Positions 11,662-22,879 of a stretch of 64,000 bases of DNA are shown here, piece by piece. The stretch covers positions 124,001 to 188,000 of the forward strand of contig NW_003314391.1 in NCBI RefSeq assembly GCF_000143415.4, written 5' to 3'. The translations under genes were made by a program, and so were the position numbers. This DNA is from Selaginella moellendorffii (lineage: Eukaryota > Plantae > Lycopodiophyta). The stretch's first letter is position 1, and every line of letters begins with the position of its first letter. Under the pieces are notes generated by a model, which saw only the letters and a program-made list of their open reading frames with translations, did no database searches and was not told where the DNA came from.

Positions 11662-13532
11662 AATGAGATAGAACAAGAAATAACCAAGAAGAAAATGAGT
11701 AAACAACTTTAACTAGAGATGAGTTGAGCTCTGGAAAGGCCTTGTTTATATAGTCCTGGGAGCGACGCTTATCTTGACGACTCAGCTAGTACATGACTCC
11801 ACATTGTGGCTTGAATGCAAAATTTCTACGTCGACTACATTACTATATTGAAATTTAGCTCAGTTTATAATTTTTCAACGTTCCAGCCAGCTATACACGG
11901 TGACAGTTTGCGTGTTTCGTTTAATTTGCTAGACTATAAATGGAATCGAAACTTAGACACCCTTTTTGGGGCAAGACCGCTGCGAAGAGACTCCAGGAGA
12001 CATCGATTTCTACGTGCCCATAGATAGAATCGCGAAGATTATCCAGTGTGTCCACACTGCTGGGCGAGAGGGTGACTCTTTGGAGGAATTTATGTACTTT
12101 TCGATTTTACGAATTCTTTTGCAAATCAGTCTAGACTTTCATGGTGGTTAAAGGATATTTTATCTTTGCGAGCCATTTAGAAGATACCAAAACACCATCC
12201 GGAGCCTCCACGCTTGCTCGGTACGTGGTAGCGTCGTCGTCTACGTTTATCACTCGCCGGTGGATGATCCTCTTTCCTTTAAGCGAAGAGAACGCGATAG
12301 AGGGATAGTTGAGATTGCTGCGTCGTCGTGTGGAATAGATGGTTTCAAGTTCGCGAAAGTGGAGACATTTCGTATTTCCTGCCTCAATCCACACAGAAAG
12401 TCCGTGAATTCGGGCGCCTTTCCTGCCTTGGCATCGTAGACGAGGCCCGGATGAGCAGCCGCGTTTGGATTGATGTGATCGGCTCCCCAGAGTTATCAGT
12501 GACAAAGCTGCTGCAAAGCAAGAGAAAAGAATCGATTGTTTTCTTCTGGAAAGCACGTAGTGTTACCGTGGTTACGATTGCCGAATGCGGCTGGACTCCG
12601 GTATGCCTTCTCAGAGACATGCGGACAAGACATGGAAGTTCATAATATTGCGTATTGTTTGCGGAAGGTCTCCGACCAAGAAAAGGAAACCGTAATGCGT
12701 ATTGTCACTCCCATTCCTTGGTGGGAGACAAGGCTTTGAGTTCATGGGAATTTGATGTGGCTCTTCTTGGTGCGTTTTAGTTTCTTTTGATACACGAACT
12801 CTTCAGGTCTCATGTCAACCAAGTCTTTCTTCTCTCCATGGCAGCCAGAGATTATTCTCAGGAACCAAAGACGAGCTAAGCACCGGCGTAACCTCTTATA
12901 TCCCCGGTTTGGGCACATTGACGAGGCGATCAAGGTCCTTCACTCGATTCAGGATCCCAATGTCTTCTCCTGGAAAATCCTGTTACGGGCCTTTTGCGAC
13001 GACAATTGCGTTTCTGGGGAGGGAAAAACCTTTGATTCTCTACAGGAGAGGGTGGACTACGATGGTGATCGCATATACCCGCATTGGGCATATTTTGCGG
13101 CAAAGCCCAACCAGGTGGAGTGCCTCTCGTCCACCGCGAGATCTTGCTCAATGGATGCTGTCCCAGGGACAAGTAAAGTTTCTACTCGAGTACGCACTGC
13201 CGCTGGTTGGAATTCATGGTTTCGCGGCTCGAGATCTTTCTTTTCCTTTTGCAGGAGATGAGAAGCTCGTCCCGCTAGACACCAAGACGTTGTCTGAGCT
13301 CACGTCGGCAGCCGAAAGCCTTGACATGAAACCACTGGTGGACTTGACCAGTAGACTCTAGCACGGATGATCGAAGGAAAGACTCCGAAAGAGATCCGGA
13401 CTGCCAGACGATCTAACCAGAGGAAGAAGCGAATGTCATAGATCTCTCACAGGCATGGCAAGAAGCACGTTTTGTGACTACTCGTTAAAGAAGTTTACGA
13501 ATTGCTTAATTCCTGCTCGGCAGTGGACAAGG
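11661..13532 (+). repeat. Copy B of the mosaic segmental duplication
   Basis: Collinear with 4479-6347. Contains PPR fragment (~12890-13090) and inverted SKP1-like fragment (~13113-13460). Confidence 0.9.
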
Positions 13533-13756
13533 AATGCATTTTGCTTGATCTTTATCGAACAGCCTTGCGATTCCACGGCCTAGTTTTTGGTTTGAAACAC
13601 TTGGATGAGTTATAGAGCTACACACTCCATGATAGCATGAAGAACTTTTAATTTTTCCTGTTAATGTTTTGTACATAGAAAGAATGGAAGGAACAAAAAA
13701 GAGAAAAAGTTATTTGAAAGAAAAAAGAAAAAAAGAAAAAAAGAGAAAAATTGGGA

Positions 13757-15288
13757 TCATCCAACGAGCTCGTGTGTCTTTGGCTGACAACAATTCTGTG
13801 TTGGACTTGTCGTCGTCGGCGTCGTCGTCCAAAGCCCGTGTTCTTGGTTGCTCGAAGATGCCAAGGCGAGAATCTCTTGCATCCGGTTGGGCCAGTCGGC
13901 GTTTAGTCTCCTCGCAAAATCTTCGACTTCCCTGAAGCTCAATCGATCAGGCTCATGCGAGAAAACGAGAACAAAGTTGTTCTCGAGGGAAGGAAACAGC
14001 GATGCTTTTATAATTCTGAAAGCACAGACTGAGGGATGTAAGTTGATATGAACCTGTCAAGCTCCTCCTTCATGGCGGGATCCAAGTCGTCTTCCTCGTC
14101 GGGGTAGCCCAGCTCGTCGGCCTCGGGCAAGTGATGGCTGTCCTCACACCTTCCAGAGTTCTCGGCCTATACACGCGCAAATCCATTAAAGTCACACAGG
14201 CAACCAAACTTGCGACCTTTACTTCGTCATTCTCCAAGGATGTCGCGCAGCTCCCTTTCGAAGAGGTTTGATCCTTCTTTCTCCTGTTCTTTTTCCTCTT
14301 GGCCTTTCCTGATTTCGCTAGCTTATCTGCGAGCGAGTAGCAAATGGCGAGTATCAAACTATGCTAAAAGAAGCGAGTAAACACGCACATACCTCCTTTG
14401 TCATCGCCATCGATGAAGGAAACCAAGTCATCCACTGACCGGTCGTCCCTTTTGCATTCTTCGATAGAGCCTTCCTAGAGTCAAGAGAGAAAAGAGAATT
14501 GTAGCGCAGGTACGAGGATACTTATCATACCTTTAGAAGTTTTTTGTCTTGCAACTCTTTTCTCTTCCTTGCATACAGCCGATTGAGCAGCCGTATCCTC
14601 ATGTCATCCGTGGTGTTTTTCACAGGCTCCAGCTTCTCTTCCTGAATCAAACGAAAACCATTTGAATCAAAGAAAACGAAAAGTGGAATGAAAAAGTTGA
14701 AACAAAGTGCCATGCCTGTGAGAGATCTATAACATTCGCTTCTTACTTCGGTTAGATCGTCTGGCAGCCCAAATGTCTCGCGGATCTCTTTCGGAGTCTT
14801 TCCTTCGATCATCCGAGCTAGCGCTCGACTGGTTAAGTCCACCAGCGGTTTCATGTCCAGGCTATCGGCCGCCGACGTGAGCTCACACAACGTCTTGGTG
14901 TCTAGCCGGACGAACTTCTCGTCGAAAAACTTCCTCTCCTAAAAGAGAAAAGGAAGAGCACGAAGATCACGAAACCATGAATCCCAACCAGCGATGTTAC
15001 CTTATCGGACCGACCTGGGACCTGATGGAAGCGGCAGTACTCGAGTAGCAACTTAAGCGTGCTGGGATTAACTTGAGCCGGAAGAGCGATTATCACCTTA
15101 TCCCTGGGGCAGCATCCGTTAAGCAAGACCTCGCGGTGGACGAGAGGGAAGAGCATGGCCGCCTCCCATTCCACCTCGTGCCGCGAGCCATCCACAGTCT
15201 CGAGGCAAATCGGCGCCTTGTCATGCAGTGGCGATCCCGGCAGTGGCGCGGGCGAGTGGAGACACTTTGCTGCCATCACCACTGACAT
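13757..15288 (-). CDS. SKP1-like protein of the ASK20/ASK21 (type II, C-terminally extended) class, multi-exon
   Basis: LLLEYCRFHQVPGRSDK|ERKFFDEKFVRLDTKTLCELTSAADSLDMKPLVDLTSRALARMIEGKTPKEIRETFGLPDDLTE|EEKLEP...RIRLLNRLYARKRKEL...RSVDDLVSFI...REVEDFARRLNADWPNRMQEIL. Confidence 0.92.
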
Positions 15289-15377
15289 CACGATCTAAGC
15301 TACAAGATCCCAGGATCACATTGGAGCCCTAGAAGAGAGAGAGGAGAGAGAGGGGGAAGGAAATCACACGAAGAACC

Positions 15378-17788
15378 CTATACCCCGGCTTTGGCGGCGG
15401 CTGGAAGTGGAATCCGGGCACTAGGTGAGACAATCGATACTACTGGCTGATCAAATCGATGGCGCGGGCAGCGAATTTCCAGCGTCCAGCGGCCCAGCTC
15501 TTCGTCCGCCACAACACACAGCGCCTCTGCTAGACCTAGAAAAGTGATTTTGTGGGTGGAATTTAAAACATCGGCATATGCCATGAATATTCCATCCTTA
15601 TGGTCTATTCTAGATGTAAAAATTCCGGTGTCTCACCTCCACGGCTCTTTGCCGAGCATCGGCGAGCCGGCATGGAATTCGCTGGTTGTTCCTCGCGTTC
15701 TTTCGATTCTTGGTCGATTTCCTAGTCACCTGTGGAGGCGCCTTCTTGTAAACGCTAACTCTGAGCACTGGTACGTTTCCTGGCCTGTGAGGCCTGTACA
15801 TCCAAGGCCGAGCTTGCGGATTGTATGCCACCCGAGCTTTCTGGAAACCAAAGGAGCTTGAGAACGAGAAAAACGAAAGGAGAGCTTGGCTTACCTTGTT
15901 TTGTCCTTGGATTCTCTTCAATTGTTGTAGCAGACGCTCGGTGAGCTCCTCTTTTTCCTTGTCTGGCGATGATGTTGCTAAGGAGGTGAGCTTGAGCTGT
16001 GGCTCAAGCTCCACTCGCATCAATGCCAGAGCTTTCTCGCTGAATTCTCGAGGATCCAGGTGCTCGACTCCGGCGTTACGAGTGTCGTCACTAAGCTGTG
16101 CTTTCAGCCTGGAAACACTCCTCACTAAGTAGCTCTTGGAAACATTGAAGCACTCACCTCAAAATCTCCTCGCCAAGCAAGGCGCTCTTGGGGTCCTGGT
16201 TGATACGAGGTGCGTTCCTGATGCTCCTTGCGCGGTTGGCATATCTCAGTGTGCTGACGGTCTCTTCGTAGTTATGCTCCGAAGGGCCGATGTTTGCAAC
16301 CATCACTGTCTTGGCGTTTCCACCCAGTGAATCTTGCAAAAGCCTCGTCAGCTTTGAGTCTCTATACGGGATATGCGTGCTTTTTCCGTCAGCCAACGCA
16401 GATATTACGTTTCCCAAAGCCATGAGAGACCAATTTATGTTGGTCAGCTCTCGGAATCTTTTCCCTTTGGCACCAGCTTTGCTCATTCTTTCACTTCCGG
16501 CCAGGTCGACCTGAAATACTGAAGCAAGTTAGAATCGAGAAACAAGAAAAGAAAAAAAATACCAGATGAAGTTTTCCAACTCGAACATGAAGGCGTTTCC
16601 CTGGATCATTCTCGGCGACGTAACTAGCCTCGACAGTCACAGTAAAGATTGAATGCGAACGAGACGAATCTTGGTTCATCAGAGTCGCTCCCACAGATCT
16701 GTTTTTCTTTCCTACCTACGAAAAAAGAAGGAATGCACCTTCAGTGTCAACTACTAGTAGAGAAAAAAACTTACCATTAGTAAATGCAAGATGTCTGATA
16801 AGCTGTACATTCTGCGGCACGTAAGGTTCTTCACAAAAATTCCAACGTCAGCGCTTTCTATCAGCTCCAGCTTTGTGCTGGCGGCAGAAGAGCCTGGTAC
16901 CAGCAAATCTCTGATCTCTTCATTGTAAATCTCCAGAAATGATGCACGGACGAGAAACCGGGTTGAGCTTTGGTTCCTAGCGATGTAAGAAAAGATATCC
17001 TGGAACGCAGAGGGAATTATCCCCCGGTACTCTGTAAAGAAAAACCGTGAGAAGCTCATATGGACAAGAAGTCATTTCAGTTGATTACCATGTCGTTACC
17101 ATACCAGGCTGATCGTCAAAGCCTTCCATTGTGTAAGTCTTCCCAGACGCGGTTTGCCCGTATGCAAGTACGGTACCATTGTAGCCGTGCATCACACTCT
17201 CCACAACCGGATGAGCTACCTCTTGGTAGAGCTGCTGCTGGGAACACTTGGAGTCGTAAACTCGATCAAACTCGAAAACTCTGACCCCAGTGTCGATCGG
17301 ACCTCGTCGCCCAGGTCCACGCACCTGCATGGTTCATCCATCATTGAGCTTTAGCAGAACAACCGGAATAGCGAAGGCAAAAAAATGGGTTCTTTTGAGC
17401 AGCGGCTAAAATCCCCAAGAAACCTTGCGACTCTAGAATGCAGCTAACATTTCATTCTCAAAAGGCATCTAGAGAACGAAAAGAAGAACTCTAGAATGCA
17501 GCTAAGATTTAAGGAATTGCGCGGCTAAAATCGCCAAGCAACTTTCCGACTCTAAACACGAGAATGCAGCTAAGATTTCATTCTCAGAGCATCTAGAGAA
17601 GAAATTTCGCGATTCTAGAGCACGATCAATGCAATGCGGGATCGAAATACCTCGATCCTGTGCTGCCGCGTGAAAACCTTGACGCAGCTCCGGCGCCGGG
17701 CGACAAGCTCTCTGTGAGACATCGGGCGGCAGCGCACGACGACCTGGACGCGCTCCCGGCCGCTGGAGGGAGCGTCCGCCGTCGCCAT
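15378..17788 (-). CDS. Kinesin-2 (KIF3/FLA8-FLA10-like) motor subunit, multi-exon; 3' end uncertain
   Basis: [107 protein letters not shown] (kinesin-2-type neck). Confidence 0.85.
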
Positions 17789-18225
17789 CGCATCCTTGCG
17801 CAAACCCTAGCTCCAAGAAAACAAAACCCTAGAATCAAACTCCCGTGTCATGTGAAATCTAACGGTCGCGGATCCACGGTCACATGGATCCAGTCACTAA
17901 ATGGAGGAACACGCAGCATGGGCCTGGACACCATAACCTCTTGCGGGAACAAAATATTTGGCCTTCTCTGCAAGCTCTGGCTTTGTTGCCTCTTCGTCAA
18001 GGTAATTTTAATCACTGTCTTCCTTGTCCCAAGACAGCACCATGGTCAGAGCTTATAAAAAGCAAAGAAATCGATTGACACTATCTCTGCAAGCTCTCAG
18101 CTCTAAGGTTTTAAATCGCCCTTGTCTTCTTGTCTCAATACAGGCACCCAGTTTTTCTAAGGAGTGAGAGAGAAAGAGCTCGACCAAGTGAAGAAAATCC
18201 TCCTTTGAGCTTAATTCATAGAAGC

Positions 18226-19143
18226 ATGGAGAATATAAAGCTAGCTCTGGAGCTCCCAGAGCTTGAGGGGGCCTACAGAAGCGTCATAGAAGAGATGGGT
18301 GTGTGCTTGTCAAAGGCATCCACGAGAGCTTCTTCTTCCTCTTGGATTTGTAGCGATGTCCACTACATGAGCGGGGTTTTCAGCGAGGAGGAATCGTCTC
18401 AAGAGAGCGCCGCGCGAGCCTCCACCGATAGCTGCGACTCGTCCATCTCCAGGCTCAAGCACTTTTGCCTCTGTGGTCCACCTTTGATCTCCAACTCGGT
18501 GCTGGAAAATGCGAGCTTGATGGTGCACATGGAGCGCAAATCTCTGCGAGAGAAGGCGATGATCCGGCTCAAGAAGCTGTCGCTGATGCCAGTGGGAAGA
18601 ATCGATGACGAAGCTGGCGTCCCGGGGCCGCAGAATTCACCAGTCTCGACCTGGCAGCATCCGATCATCGTCGATGTGAGTGAAGTGATCAATCCATCGC
18701 CGGAGGAGCAACCGATCCAGCTGGTTGCCCAGGAAAACGTACTTGGAGTCTTTGGCAGCTTCAACTCCTCAAGTCGATTGCTAGATCTCAGCAGCAGCCA
18801 GGGATCGTCGCAAGGAGCGTTTGGGTCGCCCCTCTCGGTAGAAATCCCGCTGCTCGATCCGGCATTCTCTGGCGATTTCGATGGCCACGCCTCCGATTCT
18901 AGCTCAGATCTCTTCGAGCTGGAAAGCCTGGTGGCAACGTCGACGACGACGACTCCGACTCTAACCTCGGCGCGATCTTCGATCGATCCGGACGAAGCCT
19001 CGAAGGAAGAGAGATCTACGCAAGAAATGGGAGATTTGGATGGGCTAGCAGCAGCGGATGGGCCTAGAACATACCTCATTGTTTACTCCAACTCCGGGAA
19101 GCGCACCAAAGTGTCGTCTTCATCCTCCTGGAAGACTGTGTAG
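18226..19143 (+). CDS. Ser-rich protein with SDSSSDLFELESL motif (BIG GRAIN1/PKS-type C-terminal motif)
   Basis: Open ~305-codon frame from ATG 18226. DGHASDSSSDLFELESL resembles the SSDLFE(L/I)E motif of BG1-like/PKS proteins. Confidence 0.5.
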   Translation: MENIKLALELPELEGAYRSVIEEMGVCLSKASTRASSSSWICSDVHYMSGVFSEEESSQESAARASTDSCDSSISRLKHFCLCGPPLISNSVLENASLMVHMERKSLREKAMIRLKKLSLMPVGRIDDEAGVPGPQNSPVSTWQHPIIVDVSEVINPSPEEQPIQLVAQENVLGVFGSFNSSSRLLDLSSSQGSSQGAFGSPLSVEIPLLDPAFSGDFDGHASDSSSDLFELESLVATSTTTTPTLTSARSSIDPDEASKEERSTQEMGDLDGLAAADGPRTYLIVYSNSGKRTKVSSSSSWKTV

Positions 19144-19194
19144 CATAGTGACAATTACTCGATCCGCCACGTGGCGACAATGTAAAAGGATATT

Positions 19195-19294
19195 NNNNNN
19201 NNNNNNNNNNNNNNNNNNNNNNNNNNNNNNNNNNNNNNNNNNNNNNNNNNNNNNNNNNNNNNNNNNNNNNNNNNNNNNNNNNNNNNNNNNNNNN
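19195..19294. other. Assembly gap (100 N)
   Basis: Run of N. Confidence 1.
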
Positions 19295-20095
19295 GATAAC
19301 TTTAGTGCCAATGTTGTCGTGGATGGCAACACTGTGAATTGGGTCTCTGGGACACCGCTGGTACGTTTAGCTGAAAAACTGGCTTGTTCTAACGCAAACG
19401 CATGCTTGCTTTTTGTTTCTCGTAAATCTCCCAGGCCAGGAAGACTATAACAGGCTGCGTCCATTGAGTTACCGAGGAGCCGACGTTTTCCTTCTAGCTT
19501 TCTCACTTATAAGCCGAGCTAGCTATGAAAACATTTCCAAGAAGGTTTTTTTGCGCTCGAATTAAAACTTGAAACCTCTTCTTGCTTACGCTATGGTCTA
19601 CATTGCATTGCAGTGGATTCCAGAGCTGAAACACTACGCCCCGACGGTGCCTGTCATTCTCGTTGGCACGAAGCTGGGTGAGTCCTTGATTTGATTCACC
19701 GTTTGCCAATGCTGGTTCTTTTCAACTCCAGACTTGCGAGATGATAAGCAGTTTTTTGCCGATCATCCGGGAGCGACGCCTATTACCACTGTCCAGGTAC
19801 AAAAAATATGTTTTTGTTCGTTCTTTCTAATGCCCCGAGTCATATTCGTGTTTTCCAGGGCGAAGAACTGAGGAAGCAAATCGGTGCTGCTGCCTACATC
19901 GAGTGTAGCTCGAAAACCCAGCAGGTCCGTCTTGTGACAAAGGAGTGAAGCTTTTTGCTGCTGTGTTGTTTGTTCTAAACCTCTTTTGTGCTCCAGAATG
20001 TAAAGGCAGTGTTTGATGCTGCGATCAAGGTGGTCCTCCAACCTCCAAAGCAGAAGAAAAAGAAGAAGAAGCAAAAGGCCTGTACGATACTCTAG
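19295..20095 (+). CDS. ROP: ROP/RAC small GTPase (type I, CaaL), 5' exons lost in gap
   Basis: [22 protein letters not shown]|[18 protein letters not shown]...|[10 protein letters not shown]...VGTKL|DLRDDKQ...|[20 protein letters not shown]|[32 protein letters not shown]. Confidence 0.95.
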
Positions 20096-20372
20096 AGCGG
20101 AGTTGCGGAGTTTTTTAGATGGATCGCCACAGAGAACATCAACCGGTTCCATCGATTTAACGTTACCAACATATCACACAGATTGGAAAGAAAGAAAATT
20201 TCTTATTGCTACTAGCATTTAGTACGTTAAAAAGGATATGCCAACTGTATGCTAATTTTTAAGAAGAAAACCCTCACTGTTAATAGCGTTAGTTATTGTG
20301 GGAGGGAAGACAAGGAGACAGGCAGTAGGAGCTAGGGCAACGAGAAATTTCCCCATTCTCAAGTGGAACGCT

Positions 20373-22062
20373 ATGGCGGATTCTTGCGAGGGCTCGGTGC
20401 TGGAAGAGGAGATCGATGACGATTACGATCCCACAGGCGAAGGCGAAGGTGAGATCGATGAAATTTTCGCCGGTTTTCTTTCTTCCTTTGGTAGAGATCG
20501 TTGAGTTGGAGCTCGAGGCCTTCTTAGAATTTGGTAGGCGAGGATTCAAAGAGTCTTTTGTAGTGGAATGGAGGCCGTTTTGTGAGGGAAAAAGAGAGAA
20601 TAGCTAAAACAATGCCGAGGGCTGTTTGGAATCCATAAGTTTTGGCGTTTGTTCTAAGTTTGCTAGACTACTCAGACCAGCGCACGAACTTGTACAGGGA
20701 ATGCGCTCACAAAAACCATCCAAAGCTCCAACACTATAATCAGGTAGCCTTGCTTTGTTCTTCTGCTTGTAAATATCGGCACTGCTTGTGTAGAAACTGA
20801 AACTTCAACACAGGCGATTTCATTGCTTCCGAGGATGTTTCCACCAAAGCGTTTGCGTAAGAAAGGTTTTGTTGTGTATTTCCTAAGAATGCTGCTTAAA
20901 CTTGGCAGAACCAGTCAGCCCGAGAGCTCGAGCTGATATTGGACGCCTTCCAAGTCCCAGTAAGATTAGTTTCTTGTCCAGTGCTATGTATTTCTCTCTT
21001 TTCTTTGCAGCCGCACCCGTAGAGCAAGGAAGCACTCAGGGCTCAATGGTGAAGTGGAAGTCTAGCGAAGGAAAAGATAGCCAGGGTGGCCTGCAATACA
21101 ACGTACCGCAGTCGAGAGGTGATGGGGATGAAGCGGAGCAAAAGAAGGGCCAAAGATCGATGCTGAGTAGCGTACAAACAATGGAGCAACCTCGACTTTC
21201 TCCAAATTACACGTCCATGCAAACGGAGTTGCTGGAGAAGGTAAAGAGGGACCTCGAGGAGGAAGGCTGCAATTTGATGGAACAGAGGCGAAGGGATGTC
21301 ATTGAAGAGGTCGAAAGGCAAATAGATGAGGAGAGGAAGAGGCTGCAAGAGATACAGAACTCGAAGCTTCAAGAAGATCTGGAGCTCGAATATAAACTTC
21401 TCGAGCAGAAGGAGCTGGAGAGGAAGCGTGCTTGGGAGGAGAGGCTCAAACAGGAAGAAGAGGAGAGCGCGAAGATGGCCAAAGATCTTGCAGAGCGGAG
21501 GAAGAAGACAGAGGAGGATGTTACAAAGGTGTTGGAGCTGGAGACGAAGAGCTTCGAGCTGGAAAGCTTGCAGCGGCTGAACTCTTTCAGAGCGGCTCTG
21601 GAGGACGAAGAGCTAAAGCTAATCGAATCGGAGAAAACGAAGACTTTGGCTCTCGTCGAGGACAAAGTTCTAGCAGAGGAGGAGCTTGTCGCGAAGGAGA
21701 TGAAGAAGGACGCTCTTGGAAGGATGAAGCTACTGGCCCAGGCGCTGGAAACGGCCGTTTACGAAAGGGAACTGGAGGTGGCGAGACAGAGGGCGATGGA
21801 GCGGGTGGAATGGGAAAGAAAGGAGCATCGGATGAAGATCGAGAGGGAAGTGGACGAGGAAGTGGCCAGTTTCAAGGAAGATCTTGTGAAGGAGAGGAGG
21901 GAGCGAATGCTACAGCAGGTTTGCAGGAGGATTTGCGAAGAACACAGGCTCCATTACGAGGTAATCTCATTCCCGATCGAAGGAAGTTCTAACTCCAAGC
22001 AGGCTTTGTCGCGAGGAAACTTTGGTGTCCCGGACAAAGCGGTCATGGCTGCGAGGGTCTGA
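20373..22062 (+). CDS. Coiled-coil protein with CEP164-like N-terminus (putative centriole/basal-body protein); exon structure and 3' end approximate
   Basis: MADSCEGSVLEEEIDDDYDPTGE...EIVE...GFKESFVVEWRP...HPKLQHY resembles the CEP164 N-terminal pattern (LEE..D..Y.P...EI.E....EW.PC...HP...Y). Followed by >300 aa of E/K/R-rich coiled coil (20902-22062). Confidence 0.5.
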
Positions 22063-22879
22063 AAAGTCTCCAAAAGTTTTCCAGCTCCAATAAAGCAGCC
22101 ATTAGAACTCACGATCGATCGAAAGCTGCAAGTAGACGAGCGAGCGAGTAAAACTTCCGTGATCGTGTGCCCAGTAAATTCGTGAAGAACACGAGTTTAA
22201 CTGTTGGTAAAGTTCTCGGCAGTAAACGCCCGAGGAACTAGATAATTTATAAGGGGCGGGCAGTGTGAACGGAGTTAATGGCTGGGAATGAGCTTGGTTT
22301 TCCGGGGAGGACGCTAAACCCTTATTCCTAGCAGTATTGTTTTTGCGGCCGATAAACTGGGCTAGGTGGGAGAAGGGCTTTGATTTTATTTGTGGAGCGC
22401 GACGACGGCGGAGGAGGAGTGATTTCTTCGGCGCTGTTGCTCCAGCGCGCGAGCACGACGGCGGCAGCTGTGAATTCCTTCCCGGCGCGCAGGAAATCGC
22501 GATGGAGGAGGGGTCTTGACCTAATTCGAGGTGCGGCATTGTTAGGGTTTTTGGGATTGATGGAGAGCTCCCAGGCAGCAGGCGCTTCCGCGTTTTAGGC
22601 CTCCAGGAAGAAGAAGCTCGAATGTGGCACACGAGGGAAGTCAAAGCTAGAGCTGCGCGCCACTCAATTCTATTGTGGAGATTTAGGAGAGGTATTAGCA
22701 TTGGCTTTTCCTTTGGCTCTCCTCGGACTGATTTTTTCTTCTTTTGGTTTTTTTTTTTTGCCTCCTGATAATGGTTCTTTTCTCAAGCGCAGATAGAAGA
22801 ATGTGTGAGCGGGAACGGTGCAGATTACATAGCGAATTTTAGGACAAATGCAATTTAGATGTTTGAGCAAGAGTCGATC

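Noticed and set aside
19335-19345. Apparent frameshift in ROP (AAT TGG GTC instead of AAT TTG GGT)
   Set aside because: A one-base loss ~45 nt from an assembly gap in an otherwise perfectly conserved gene is probably a low-quality contig-end error.
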